From: Podarcis gaigeae
Taxonomy: Eukaryota
NCBI GenBank assembly: GCA_964106915.2
Contig: OZ066923.1
Reading direction: 5' to 3' (one strand)
Length of the DNA stretch: 64,000 nucleotides
This document shows positions 38,585-51,584 of the stretch, piece after piece; positions within the stretch are counted from its first letter, which is position 1, and every line of letters starts with the position of its first letter. Under the pieces are notes generated by a model, which was not told where the DNA came from, ran no database searches, and saw only the letters and a list, made by a program, of their open reading frames with translations. A program made the translations under genes and the position numbers.

Positions 38585-41500
38585 TATGTTAAGCAGGGGT
38601 AGACATAGTGCTCTCCAGATGTTGAACTACAATTCACATCAACTCTTTTGACTGTTGGCCATGCTGGCTGTGACTGATGAAAGTCTGGAGGGCACCATGT
38701 CAGCTACCCCAAATGTAGAACAAGTCTAAGCATGTGTACTCAGAAGTTACACTGTGTTCAGCGGGGGTTTGCTCCTCTGTATGTTTAGGATTCCAACCTG
38801 AGTCTGTACTAATGAACTGCTATTTGAAAGCACGAATCGTAAGCTGGCTAGATTGCATTCACATTGAACATCTCAAGCTTTTCAGTGATGTAACATAATT
38901 ATATCAGTTTTCTCAGTGGTTTGCTAGGGTCAGCACCGTGTTAAATCCTGTGTGATAAGAGGTAATATTTTAAAAATGAAAACACAAAACAAAACCCATA
39001 GGCTAACATTTGCTTTATGAATATGTCTAGTTTAGGGAACTTTTAAGATGATGCCTAAAAGTTTCTCAAACTAAAAATTCAGGGCTTTCAAGCTCATGGA
39101 AAACACACCTGTGTTTGAAGAGGTAAACCATGAGTGGAATCAAGAGAAGGAAGGGAAGCAATGCAGTTATGCCCACAGATAATTTAAAGCAGTCTAAACA
39201 AATCTGAGAGCGGGGAATGCAGTACAGTTAAATATCATGCATGACACATGCACATTTCTTTATTTCAATATAAAGAAATTTGCATAAACTACAAGATGGG
39301 AAGTAATGAGTTGGCGATGGCAACAATACATAAATGGTGCCTGTCAAAGCTGACCTGATTACAGACTGATAGCAATTATAAAGGAACTTGAAGAAAAACC
39401 AAAACCTGTGTGATAGATGATGGCGTATGTCCAACAGGGAGGAAAATATAAATTTACTTGTGTATATAAAAAACAGAAAAATCTTTGTATGTTGAGAACC
39501 AGAGAAAGATAAATGCGTTTAAAGGAATGTAGAAGCCTGCAGCTAAAGAGCTAGTTCTGACTAGCATTTGCCTCAGTTTCGTACATCTTCTCATTATTTC
39601 GATTACTAAACAATGCCAGAAGTTATTTAAAAAAACCTTATCTGGAATGCAGCCTCACGCCAAATGATTTTAGCATCTCTCTCCCAAATAGGTGGCTCAG
39701 TGGAGTTCTTCCTAATGCTACATTTTAATCACTTGCTTCATTTAAAAGTTTTACAATGTATTTATATATGTTTTCAGCCCCAGTGCTGGTTACAATATAA
39801 TATACACCTATTAACACAGAATAGCTACGATGATAAAGAAAAGGAAAACCCACCAACTACTTTATAGGAGTGGGGGGAAATGCAGTAATGAGATGGAAGC
39901 TAATTGGAGAAAACATTACCTTGTTTTTATTTTTTCCTATCAGCTCACCTTAATATCCAAATGTACCTTGCAGATAGGTATGAGAGTTCTTTGTTTTACT
40001 ATACCTGGACACGGCAAGTAATCGAAGTGAAGATTCTCAGCACTCTGTTGACACACAGTGTCTTGCTTCCTTCCAAACCAATTACAAGTGTTGCTTTTGG
40101 TTACAATCCAGAGAAATCACAGGGACTTGCATCAAATTAATTCCAGAGGGACTTGGTGTATGCAGTTTCCATAAAAGCAATCCAGGCACAATTTACATTA
40201 TTAAGGCCTTTTAATAATTTGAAAACAAAATCCTCTTGAAATGAAAAAGTTTAAAGCCAGGCCAGGATACCGTGTCCCATGTTTCATTTTAGCCACAGTC
40301 ATAATATTTAGTTTGAAGAATTAATGGATAAAGGAAGACAGCTAGTCAAATTTACATTTAAATTTTAGTCCATGTAAATATACATTAAAGGATACATAGT
40401 TCAGCTTATGGGAACAGTACCAAAGCTAATTTAAACACTGGTTCTCGGTTTACATCTTTTTAGTATTTTTTTATTTAGAAATCGGCTCCAACCTCAGCAA
40501 ATTAAACAGACTTTTAGGAAGAAGAAAATACTAAAAATGCTGAAAGCTATCTGCTGAAATCAGGAGGATGTAGTCGCCAAACCAGAACATTTAAGAGTAT
40601 AGTTACTAAAATAAATGGAATTGCTTGCTTCAGAACCAGCAGTTTTCATTTAAAGTTAGTGCCTTCTATAAGCGAAAAAATACTGCGAATAAATCACTGT
40701 ACAGAAAGGACACATGAGTAGCATATAAACATTTGAAACGACTGCTGGTCCCACATGCACATGACCCACTCTTAAAAGCATTACCATGTTTAAAATACAG
40801 AAAAATGAAGGATTTTTTCCTCATTCAGATTTTTCCTATGGGCGTGGATGGGAGATAATTTGAATCAAGAAGCCATAAGGATAATCCGTTAGAATGGGCA
40901 CAAACTTTCCAATTTATCTAATCCATGGGTCCCTAATTCATCTGGGCCAGTGGGTACATTTGAAGTTTTCAAAAGGTTTTAGTAGCCCCACTGGGAAATG
41001 GCTGCCTTAAGGGGCTTTGCCAGTCACAAAATGGCTGCTGGGGCCTTGAGGGGGCACACCTAGCCATGGTTCGTTGGGGGTGTCCCCTTGCTAGCTTGTA
41101 CTCTGTGTTCATTTCTTCGGTGTTGGGAGATAGCTTGGCCGGCCGGAAGAAGGGGAAGCCAAACGGAAGACTTCCCCAAAGATTCCAAAGGGTTGGCGAA
41201 CCAAGAGCTACAGAACACCAAATAGGAAGGAAAAACAAGTGGAACTGCACCCCAAGAAGAGGGAAACAAGCCTACAGGTGCCCAGAGCACAGGGGCAGCT
41301 TTGAACACAGACCCCCCCCCCCCAGAGGCAGGATGATAATATGCAAGACCTCTCTCCACAGAGGGTGGAAACCCAAAATTCAAACACAGAACCCCCTGGG
41401 GGTCACACACCCTCACCTGCAGGAAAAGGAAGAAACAAAACACACAAATTCTGTTCCGTTCCTTTTCCTTATCCTTGGTACCCAGTTAGGCCTCTCCTTC

Positions 41501-41730
41501 CCACCTTATTTTCTTACACAACTACTTCCAAAATGCTATCTCACCTTCCATTCTGGTGGCTGCGCTCAGGAATAGAGGAAGCTTCCTTCCTCTCAGGTGC
41601 CATTCTCAGCTCGGAACCACAGAGAACAGGAAGAGGAACTAGGGAGGAGCAACACTCTTCGAACTTCCTCTTCCAACCCTCTACAGTGCTCCAGGCAAAA
41701 ATGGTAATTCTTGGCAAAGACAGCCCTGAG

Positions 41731-41950
41731 CATAGCTGTCAACCTTCCCTTTTTTGGCGGGAAATTCCTTTATTCCAGCGCCATTTCCCGCTGCTATCCT
41801 GGATTGTTAGATATCCCGTAGTTTGTCCCCGGGACAGGTGAGGCTGCTGATCCCTTATTTTCGAGCCTCCCCGGGACAGGTAAGACTGCTGATCCCTTAT
41901 TTTCGAGGATGCTGATCCCTTATTTTCAAACCTGAAAGTTAACAGCTATG
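41731..41950. mobile_element. hAT MITE
   Basis: TIR CATAGCTGTCAAC ... GTTAACAGCTATG; 8-bp TSD GCCCTGAG; three internal TGCTGATCCCTTATTTTC repeats. Confidence 0.88.
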
Positions 41951-42754
41951 GCCCTGAGGGAAGTGAAGGAATTTAGAGGCTCTGTGGGCTTCATGTCGGG
42001 AACATCCGATCTAGTCCAATGCCTGCTCCGTAACACAAGAACATCCACTCAGCAGGTTCATCTAGAAAGCAGCAAGTTACAAAAGCAGAGCAGGTGTGTT
42101 GTGGGAAGACAACTCAACAATGCACAGCAGCCAACCCCTTCCCTAAACTATTCTTTCAACCTAAGCAGAAATGCCTTCCTGACTGCACAGAACTTGTCCA
42201 GAGAGAGGCAGTCAGTCATTATTATCCCATCAAAATCAAGTACATCAGTAAAAGCTAACAAGTGCCCTTGTTTTTGATGGGACTTAAGCAGAACCGTTTG
42301 TGCTCTTGCTGTGGTGTCAAACACCAGGACAAGCAATCACTCAGAAAGAAAATCAGGTGCCCTTCCAAGCTATCCAATGTTCTATGCAGTACTTTGACCC
42401 ATTATCAACCCTTAAGAGGCCACATAGAAAACTAGGCATGGCTGAGGCAGAACTCCCCCCCCCCAAAAAGGGGGGAAATGTTGTTATTCATTTCTTCCTT
42501 TTTGCCCTCAATTTCATTCCTTTGTTTTCATTCATTCTGCTTAGTTCCTGCAAATCAATTTTGTTATTAACTTATTCCTTCCAGATTTGGTTTTGTGCCT
42601 TCATTAATTCCATTTCTGCTCCTTCTTCCCTCCTCCAACTTCTTTTTCATTTGCTCACCAATATATTGAAGAGGTGCTACTTACTGTCTATGCTGTTTTT
42701 CCAGCTGTGGTGTTTTGGGCAGCAGGCAGGGCAGAACGTCAAATCTTCAGCTGC

Positions 42755-42911
42755 CGATGGTATAGCAAAACAATGGGCCAGTGGATCTGGTTGTCAACCA
42801 GAAGGTTGGGGGTCCAAGCCTACCCAGGGATGGCTGTGGGCAGGATTCCTGCTTTGCAGAGGGTGGGACTAGATGACGCCTGCGGCCCCTTCCAACTCTA
42901 CAATTCTATGA
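42755..42911 (+). mobile_element. SINE with CR1-derived tail (Squam3-like)
   Basis: Tail GGACTAGATGAC...CCCTTCCAACTCTACAATTCTATGA; an inverted related piece lies at ~21397-21470. Confidence 0.6.
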
Positions 42912-43552
42912 ATGGGGCTATTGATAGCACATCCAAAAACTGAAGCATCCTCAGACAGAGATGATACAACAGACTTTAAAGTAACCCCCCCCCCCCGAAA
43001 TGGAAGTCACCCCCAATATAACAAAGGGAACATGAGCAAACCCAACGGAACTAAACATCTGTGCAAAACAGAAAAATGGGGTAAATCGGAAAAGTATTTT
43101 TTAAAGCGACTGGATTGTTGGAAGGTTCCCCATAGGCCACTTAAAACCTGGTGGACCATATAGCCCATGGGTTAGTCACCCCTGACTTAAATACCTTGCA
43201 AAACTATATTCTACAATTTTTAAACTGTTAATAGAATATTTGTGAATTCAACCTAAATTTGCTCATGGCCACTTCAGACCATTCTTTGGGTGATGGGCAC
43301 ACACCATAAAAGTTGTACTGCTGAAACTAAGCAGGTCTAACACTTGATTAGAAACTGCCTGGGAACTATTTGCAAGTAGTTCCAAGTTCCTTATTTACTA
43401 TAAATAAATGTACCCAGGCCCTTCTTTAACCTAATTAGCTCTGCTCCCTCTATTGTGGTGTCAGCATCTTTTCTTTTTTTAAAAAATGAAACACAATTTG
43501 GTAGTGCCCATTTATGTATTCTGCAGGATAGGGATATGATGGGCACTAAGTA

Positions 43553-43903
43553 GGTGGCGCTGTGGGTTAAAGCCTCAGCGCCTAGGACTTGCCGATCGAA
43601 AGGTCGGCGGTTCGAATCCCTGCGGCGGGGTGCGCTCCCGCTGCTCGGTCCCAGCGCCTGCCAACCTAGCAGTTCGAAAGCACCTCCGGGTGCAAGTAGA
43701 TAAATAGGGACCGCTTTCTAGCGAGAAGGTAAACGGCGTTTCCGTGTGCGGCTCTGGCTCGCCAGAGCAGCGATGTCACGCTGGCCACGTGACCCGGAAG
43801 TGTCTCCGGACAGCGCTGGCCCCTGGCCTCTTGAGTGAGATGGGCGCACAACCCCAGAGTCTGTCAAGACTGGCCCGTACGAGCAGGGGTACCTTTACCT
43901 TTT
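43553..43903 (+). mobile_element. Sauria SINE (young, CpG-rich)
   Basis: A/B box head, ACCTTTACCTTT tail, short TSD TAAGTA (43547-43552, 43904-43909). Confidence 0.9.
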
Positions 43904-45299
43904 TAAGTAAAAAGCAGCATTCTAAAATCTAAAAAATCTGTACCCTAAATGAGGTTTACGTATAGAAAGGAAAGTAAGTGCATATAGGACTAATTTGGAA
44001 ACAATTAAAACTTTCCCACCATTGAGAAAGATATGTTGTTTTTCAACTTACCTTGTGAATTGCAATGCAAGCGAAATTTCACCATCAAAATTGGCCAACA
44101 GTAGTATTTATAGGACTGCACAAATCACTATGAAATTGCTGTTGTTTATCTGTCAATATGAACTTGATGTAGGTAGGAGTTCAGCAACTTGCTGACTTCA
44201 GTTCAAGTCCTGCAATTATTACTGGGACTGTTCTGGAGCAAGTAGATAATGCCCAGTTTCACCCTTCTGTAACCAGAACGATGACATGAGAGCTATATTT
44301 CAAAACACAGCAATGTGTCCATTTAGGTTTATCTAAAAGGGAATACTTGACCTTTACCTAGCTGTTCCTCAATTTGGCATAAAGGATCATTAAAATAGCA
44401 TTAAATTACAGCTCTCTTTCAAAAGAATTTAAGAAGCAGATATTTAATCCTGTGGCAGTCTTCTATTTTTCTCGTGCACAAGCATTTTGTTCATAATATT
44501 AAATTCAATGTTAAATAGATCAAATGTGTGAATGTGAAGGGCACAATGGTTTTATAAACCACTACTACCTATTCTCAGCTCTGTAACAATGATAGTCTAA
44601 AGTAGAATTCTGTTCTTGGCAGCATGTCATGCTTTATTATATTAGCATCCAGCATTAACATCCTGTTCTTGCTTTATTCATTTCCAAGTTTCGATCATGT
44701 ACAATACTGTGAATTAGGCCACAATAAAGTGCATCTAAAGTTATACTTAGAAGTATTTTAAAACAGGCCCTTTGAAACAGCAACATTATTTATTAGGGCA
44801 CATTGCAGGAGAGTAGTTCATGCCTAGCAATCATCCCAAACTATAATGCAACAGGAACATTTGAACGCATGGGGTCCAGCATAAAATGAGAGAGATCATT
44901 TTGACACCACAAAATGTGCCAGTGCTGACGTTACATTTGTGTGTGTGTTTGTTTTGTGGAGACTTCTATGGTAATGCTCTATGTTTCACAAATTAATAGA
45001 ATGTGGAGAATATTTCCAATCCCATCCCTTTTAAAGGTCTTTGTAAATAACACAAATGTATTGAATAACTGAGAAACAAAACCAAGCAACTAAGCAGTAT
45101 TTGTCACGGTGTAAGTTACCAGCATTAACTGGCTGAGGAAGCACTTTGTTTTAAATAATAAGAAGATGATAAGTTGTCATTTTATATTTTTATGTCTGTC
45201 ATTAACCCAAAATACATATAAAAATGTAGAATTTATATTTGCTGTACACCTGATACAGAAAACATAGCAATGTTACTAGCAGCTGATTTCCCAAAGTCG

Positions 45300-47030
45300 C
45301 TTGAGAAAAGAGCTAACAAATTTATTTTGCGCTATATAGAAAAAAGTTTTAAACTAAACATTTCTCTCGACATTATTTTGCTGTCTTTTCCCGCTTTGGT
45401 AACTTCAGATAAGTTGTAACAACTTATAATATCCGATTGCAATATAATTCACAGTTGACTGAATTATGTGTTAAGAAAAAAGGATACACACTATCCCCTT
45501 TTCCCCTTTGCCTAGAGAATAGTTACAGTGCCTTTCACAAATTAAATGCTTTTCATGTTGGTTTATTTAGATTTGAACCTCCAGGGGGGGAAATAGCCAT
45601 TAAACGAAATGTACCTTCTCTGCTCAAAAAGCTTAAACAACATACTCATGACAAAAAGAAAGTTATTTCAATGTGAATTTTTGGACCATCTTCCATGATT
45701 GCCCATCTTACCCCATTGCTAAAAATACATTGTTCTATTATTACGTCAGCCTGTTCTGACATTAACAAGGTTTGATCACGAATTCAGACCTACAGTGGAA
45801 ACGTATGCGACTCTTATTCAATGAAGCTCCAGCAGCGAAAAGACTCTTCCTTTTAAGTGCCACAAACACTTTATAGCTTAGTATGTTTTAATACTTCAAC
45901 TTTTTTTTCCATATTTTTCTCATCGTTGAAGAAGTGATATCACAANNNNNNNNNNNNNNNNNNNNNNNNNNNNNNNNNNNNNNNNNNNNNNNNNNNNNNN
46001 NNNNNNNNNNNNNNNNNNNNNNNNNNNNNNNNNNNNNNNNNNNNNNNNNNNNNNNNNNNNNNNNNNNNNNNNNNNNNNNNNNNNNNNNNNNNNNNNNNNN
46101 NNNNNNNNNNNNNNNNNNNNNNNNNNNNNNNNNNNNNNNNNNNNNNNNNNNNNNNNNNNNNNNNNNNNTTAGTGCACAGGGNNNNNNNNNNNNNNNNNNN
46201 NNNNNNNNNNNNNNNNNNNNNNNNNNNNNNNNNNNNNNNNNNNNNNNNNNNNNNNNNNNNNNNNNNNNNNNNNNNNNNNNNNNNNNNNNNNNNNNNNNNN
46301 NNNNNNNNNNNNNNNNNNNNNNNNNNNNNNNNNNNNNNNNNNNNNNNNNNNNNNNNNNNNNNNNNNNNNNNNNNNNNNNNNNNNNNNNNNNNNNNNNNNN
46401 NNNNNNNNNNNNNNNNNNNNNNNNNNNNNNNNNNNNNNNNNNNNNNNNNCCCTGGAAATGAACCAAAGGTTGTGGCAATATCTTTCTTCTAAACAGTCAG
46501 ATATTCTTGCATTAAGTTGGCGAAAACTGCCTTTTCAAAAACTGAAGGGGAAGTAAAATGAAGGAAGCAGACCTTGCTCATCTTTCCAAATGAAATACGA
46601 GAAGGATCTTCACATAAAAATGCACAAACATTTTTTTTTTATTACCAAGAGTGCTACAATGAACAATGCAAATTTTATTGTCTATTTCTTGTTTCTTTTT
46701 TTCCTTTTTTTACAATTTGGAAACTAAGTGGTAAACTTTTGTCAGTGTACTTGCTTGTCTTTACAGACCCAAGCTTGTCTGCTGGCAAAAAAAAAAAGTA
46801 AAAAAAAAAATTAAATCCGACCCTGCTCAAACTAAAGAAAAACAAATTATAAATTTAGTTGTTGGGCAGCACATAATTAGTAAGGCAGGACTTCAAATGG
46901 TGACCCTTTTGCATGAGCCAATTGCCAGATCCTCATAAGGAATTAAAACCAGGATGCCTGAGCCACATCAGTTTTGCAGTTATGTTGAGTATTGTGCTGA
47001 GACAGCCATACCCCAAGACAAGGGAAGTCC
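45300..47030 (-). other. CNOT2: CNOT2 3' UTR (AU-rich, partly gapped); candidate PAS at 45321-45326
   Basis: AU-rich, apparently repeat-free sequence after the stop. AATAAA on minus at 46674-46679, 45321-45326, 44789-44794, 44673-44678 and 44633-44638; true end uncertain. Confidence 0.55.
45946..46449. other. Assembly gap (with 13-bp island 46169-46181)
   Basis: N runs. Confidence 1.
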
Positions 47031-47117
47031 TTAGAAGGCTTGCTGAGCAGGGTTGTAGTTGAATGTGGATGGCAGATGAGGCCTTTCTTCTAGCTTGTCA
47101 TATTCCAGATGAAACTC
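47031..47117 (-). CDS. CNOT2: CNOT2 last coding exon with stop
   Basis: TAG|GAG acceptor; EFHLEYDKLEERPHLPSTFNYNPAQQAF* (TAA at 47033-47031). The 11 exons total 1237 nt and splice in frame. Confidence 0.97.
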   Translation of the reverse strand, partial: EFHLEYDKLEERPHLPSTFNYNPAQQAF

Positions 47118-49954
47118 CTAGAAACCAAATAAAAAAGACGATCACTTCATTATCAGCAGATGGCCCACTAAATTCTGTAAGGTCATGTGTAACCCAAAGA
47201 AAAATGCTGCTTCAGGGGGAAATAAAATCTGCTAGATTTTCTCTTGACCAAAGAAGCTAATCTTCTCGTGGCCTTGTCTCCTTTTATATTATGATGGTGA
47301 GGGGAAAATAAATATTCTTCTGCAGCAGCAACAGCAACCTTCACTTTTGAAATTGGCTTTACAAAAACTCTCCAGTAGCTACTTTAAAACTTATGGCAGA
47401 ATCCAACATAACGCCAATGAACTTCCACTCCTGCAGAAAGACAGGGCTTCCTGTCTCCCTGCAACCTCAAAATCTGCTCTGGAGGATCATGGTAAAACAC
47501 TACATACAAACTTTAAAGTGTTTTCCCAAAATTGTCCATCTACTATTCCCCCCATTTTACTTTTTTTCCCTTCTGTGCCACATTCTGCAGATGTGCAGAA
47601 TGCATAACATATTCTAAATTTTGGGAGGTGCTGGACTATAAATTACATTTCCCCTGCAAGCTCTTTTATAAGGAGGCAGGGGAAGGCATTCTTGACAATG
47701 ATGAAGAAGCAGCAACTTGTGAAGTGAAAATAATGTACTGTAGTTTTAAATTCTACTAAAGGATATATCTGGAATGTAAAGCCAGTTGGTCACCTGTAGG
47801 TGGTAAGAACTACCTCCAGATGATAGGCAAACATCTATTTATTTTCATTTCTCTATATATTCTGCCCCTTTCCACTTCAGTGATCTCAGGGCAGATTATA
47901 AATAACGAAAGAAAAATGTTTGCCAGCAATATCGCCTTGCAGCTCCACCGCAGTGGCGTGTGTGGGAGCTCCAAACTGGCTCCAAATGGATTGTCTCCCA
48001 ATTGTTCCATGTGTGAGCAGAAGGCACTTTTGCTCACATGCAGGAATTTCCCATTTCTCCCGTGATGCAATGCACTGACCCTCAGGAGCATCTTTCTGGG
48101 GGTTGTGATGGACTGCAGCTGAGAGATGGGGGGGGAAATCCGTGTACAGAAAGATCTGGATGCTTAAAACATAAATAACATAGGCCCATGAGGAATAAAG
48201 CAAGGGTGTACTATTCTTAATCAGAGGTTTGCCAAATAAAAGGCTCTGTTCTTCATGGCCGCTTAACTTACCTATGAAAGGATGGGTACAAAAAGCAAGA
48301 CTTCTGCAGAAGATCTTACAAGGGGGGAATATGAGAGCAGGAAGGCCTTTACTTATGCCTCAACACGTTCAGAGCTTTATAGGTAAAACACACATACTGA
48401 AGTGTGTACTCAGTGTAGATTTTTAAGCTCTGGCAGTTCTTTGGACCAGAGTTCTCTGAATGAAAGACCTTTCCTGTCCATCTCAGTATCTGGAACAGAT
48501 CTGCATGTTATGTGTACTAATGGTAATGGTTTGCGCTTGCCAGCATGTTTAGGAATACCCATTAAGCTTAAGATTTTTAAGGCAAGACGGCATCCAAACA
48601 CACCATTCGTCTTTCTGTGATGAAGGCTAACAAGAAAAAGTCTAATGTTTCCTGGTGATCTGAAATAGCTATACAGTATTTTCTCATCCATTTCTTTTAA
48701 ACAATGGTTTATTTACCTACAATTTGTATCGCAGCACACATTCAGGATAGATAACATTCAGTTCAGTTCAAAATTACAAAAACAACATTTTTCAAAGATA
48801 CAAAGTCACACTCAAACTCCTTCTCGTGTCCACAGGGAGCAAGACCAACTCCTAGCCATTCAAGCTTCCTGCTATGTTGGCTAGGACACGCCTCTCTCTC
48901 CCATCTTGTGTGTAAGCAATTATTCCAAGATTTAAGTTGTTTCTTCTCCTGTCTTTAGATTGTGAGCTGTCTGGAGAGAAATGTCCTCATTTATACAAAA
49001 TATCTATTACTGACCCTGAACTCAGTCAACAAATACTACATGTAATGTAATCCACATGTGATTTACTTCCTCCTTTCGCAGGTATGGCTTGATTTTAAGA
49101 TGCACCTCCTAAGAATTTTTTTCCCCTTTGCAGCTCAATTTGAATAGCTGCAGTTGAGAAAGAAAAATGCTCCTTTGCACCCCAAGCTTGACTTCAAGCC
49201 GGGTATAGAGAAAAAGGGAAGTAGGATATGAGTCACAGGGCCCAGAGTGTCCCTGGTTACCTCTTAGCAACGGATTCTGGATGCTGCAGAATATACCCTG
49301 CTTGAGCCTAAGTAGTGGTTCCCCACTGCCGATATATAGATTTGTGACAAAATAAACTGCATTTTACCACTCCATTTACATTTCAACCAAGATTCACAGA
49401 AAGGTACAAATCAGACCTCCTCCTAAGGTGAACAAACTATTGTTTTAAGAGCCATTTCTAGAATGTGAAGTCAAAACCCCACAGGCTTTCTACGAAGCTG
49501 CTTGATGGATGTCATCCTTACGTAATTATCCCCATGACAATAGTCTTAATACGTTTCAATCACTTACGCAACAGAGGGGACAATCAAAGGCTGAAGCAAG
49601 TTGAAAAGAAGGAACACAGTTCCGACTTAACTAGGGGATCTTGATATACTTCTGGGTTCATCTTCTGATAAGCATTTGTGTAAAAAATAATAATATGGCC
49701 ATTATCTGAGGCATTCTGCAGATGGGCAACAGTTAGCGAACTGAGAGGGAACCAAGGCAAAGAACGCTGGTATGCTACTGCCTTTGTCCCAACAGTCTCC
49801 TTCCACATAATAAGAATTTATGGTGTAGAACAACCCACTCTAAATGTGCACAGCCTTGAATACCCCTCCCTTTTTTACAAATATTAGTGAGAATGTGCAC
49901 AAAGTAAACATTTTATGTGCAACTTTTAAATGTTTCTCTGAAGAAGAAAAATAC

Positions 49955-50099
49955 CTTAGCTACTTTTCTCCAGTTAAGACAGTCAAAGAAGTAGTATGTT
50001 CCCCTCTCATATGTATTGGTTTTCATTGTTGGCTCCATGCCTGGTGCCCTGGTAATCCATACTCTTTCTTCTTTGTGGTATCTCCAATCTCGGTTGAAT
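49955..50099 (-). CDS. CNOT2: CNOT2 coding exon (145 nt), NOT-box
   Basis: FNRDWRYHKEERVWITRAPGMEPTMKTNTYERGTYYFFDCLNWRKVAK. Confidence 0.97.
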
Positions 50100-50733
50100 C
50101 TATTATTATCCAATCAGGAAGGAAGAGATTCTGTTAGCTTGGCTAATTTCCACTGATTTAATCTTCTTTAAAACTCAAAATATATCTACACCAACATGGC
50201 TGCTCAACATCTTTAACATGCTACAATAATCTAGCCGCTATCAAAGTTAGTACCTCAAGCAAAAAACTGAACTTATTGTCCTATATGCAATGGTAATATT
50301 AGGAAGTATTAATGAAATATTTTTGCCCAGCATAAAGTAGGCAATACAATATAACTAAATTGCAAGACAATTTATGAGAGCTTAGATTACTGTTTTAATT
50401 AATGGCTTTAATCTAGAGGATAAAGCGATGCACACACACATCCCCCCCCCACACACACTAAGAACTCCCAGTATTCTCCTTCTAATGAGTGATGGGTGTC
50501 TATCATCTGGCAGAGATTAAAGATTAGGTTCTCCACCAAGCAAGCACAAGTGTGGGAAATATATAAGCAGAAACCTGTTTCCTTTCAAGTGTCATTCTTG
50601 CTAGCATGGAATTCTCTAACATGTGGCATATAAAATAACTTGCATTTGAAACAGCAATTTAAAAATTTTTAAATAACCAGAATAATTGTCTCCTTTGTAT
50701 CCTAATACAAAATTCACTGAAATCTGAACATAC

Positions 50734-50834
50734 AGCTCTACTGCTGCTAATAGCTGTAATACATCTCCTCCATTCATGTAATAGAGATAAAACAGTAGAT
50801 CTTCCCCATAGCGGCCAAGCTTTATTGCAGCCAA
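50734..50834 (-). CDS. CNOT2: CNOT2 coding exon (101 nt), NOT-box
   Basis: LAAIKLGRYGEDLLFYLYYMNGGDVLQLLAAVE(L); donor GTATGT. Confidence 0.97.
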
Positions 50835-51377
50835 CTGTAAAGGAAAAAAAAAAAAAAGATGAACACTTTTTAAAGAAAGGAGTTTGCATAAAGGCACTAA
50901 ATCCAATCAAACTTTTATTGACCTGCAGTTAAGGATGCTATTATGAGACAAATTACTCTGGTAGAATTCCAGCTGGCTTCAACGAAGCAGGAAGAGTGTA
51001 ACTAGATTGTGAACCTATCTCCAAGCATGTTGCCAACACTTTTTCTAGCATGTATAATAAAACAATCCATTTCCCCCTCTAGCGTCTATTTCAATTTACC
51101 TATTTAGCAGTTGCAGAGCTAATGTTGTAGAAAATATCTGGTCTTATAATTTTCTTGTCCTTCACATATTCATAGTCCTTACTACTAGTTTGTTTATGTA
51201 ACAAGTATCTGTTAAAATAGTTTTCCTGAACTGTATTATCCTGGGAGAAGTAAAGAATTTAATCTGTCTAGAAATCAAGTTTTTTGCTGAAATTATAGAC
51301 AACTCAAAGAAACTTGCATTATGCATTTCAACAGGCAAACTTTTGTTTATATAAAGGGACAAGACGGTATTGCTCAC

Positions 51378-51427
51378 CTTATCCCTAATGTGAATGTTCG
51401 TTAAATACTCAGATGGAACATGGAAGT
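51378..51427 (-). CDS. CNOT2: CNOT2 coding exon (50 nt)
   Basis: DFHVPSEYLTNIHIRDK; donor AAG|GTGAG. Confidence 0.95.
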
Positions 51428-51522
51428 CTAGATAAAGGAATGAAAAGCGATTTAATTCTGATCCCATGACACTGACTCTCACTTAGGAATTTTAACCACA
51501 CACACACGTACATCCACCCTAC

Positions 51523-51584
51523 CTATATCTTGAGGTCGACAAGGTGAAGAAGCCCAAGGTGATGCAAATTTGGGATAAAGATTT
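51523..51584 (-). CDS. CNOT2: CNOT2 coding exon (62 nt)
   Basis: NLYPKFASPWASSPCRPQDI(D); AG/GT bounded. Confidence 0.95.

Noticed and set aside
41121-41653. Possible LTR (TGTTG...CAACA)
   Set aside because: No TSD or second copy; boundaries cannot be supported.
41821-41930. Repeat-spacer-like units suggesting CRISPR
   Set aside because: Eukaryotic context, only three irregular units, internal to a hAT MITE, no cas genes.
43553-43625. tRNA gene-like A/B boxes
   Set aside because: Head of a Sauria SINE, not a complete tRNA cloverleaf.
45888-46492. ORFs spanning N runs (also 61149-61457)
   Set aside because: Artefacts of gap translation.
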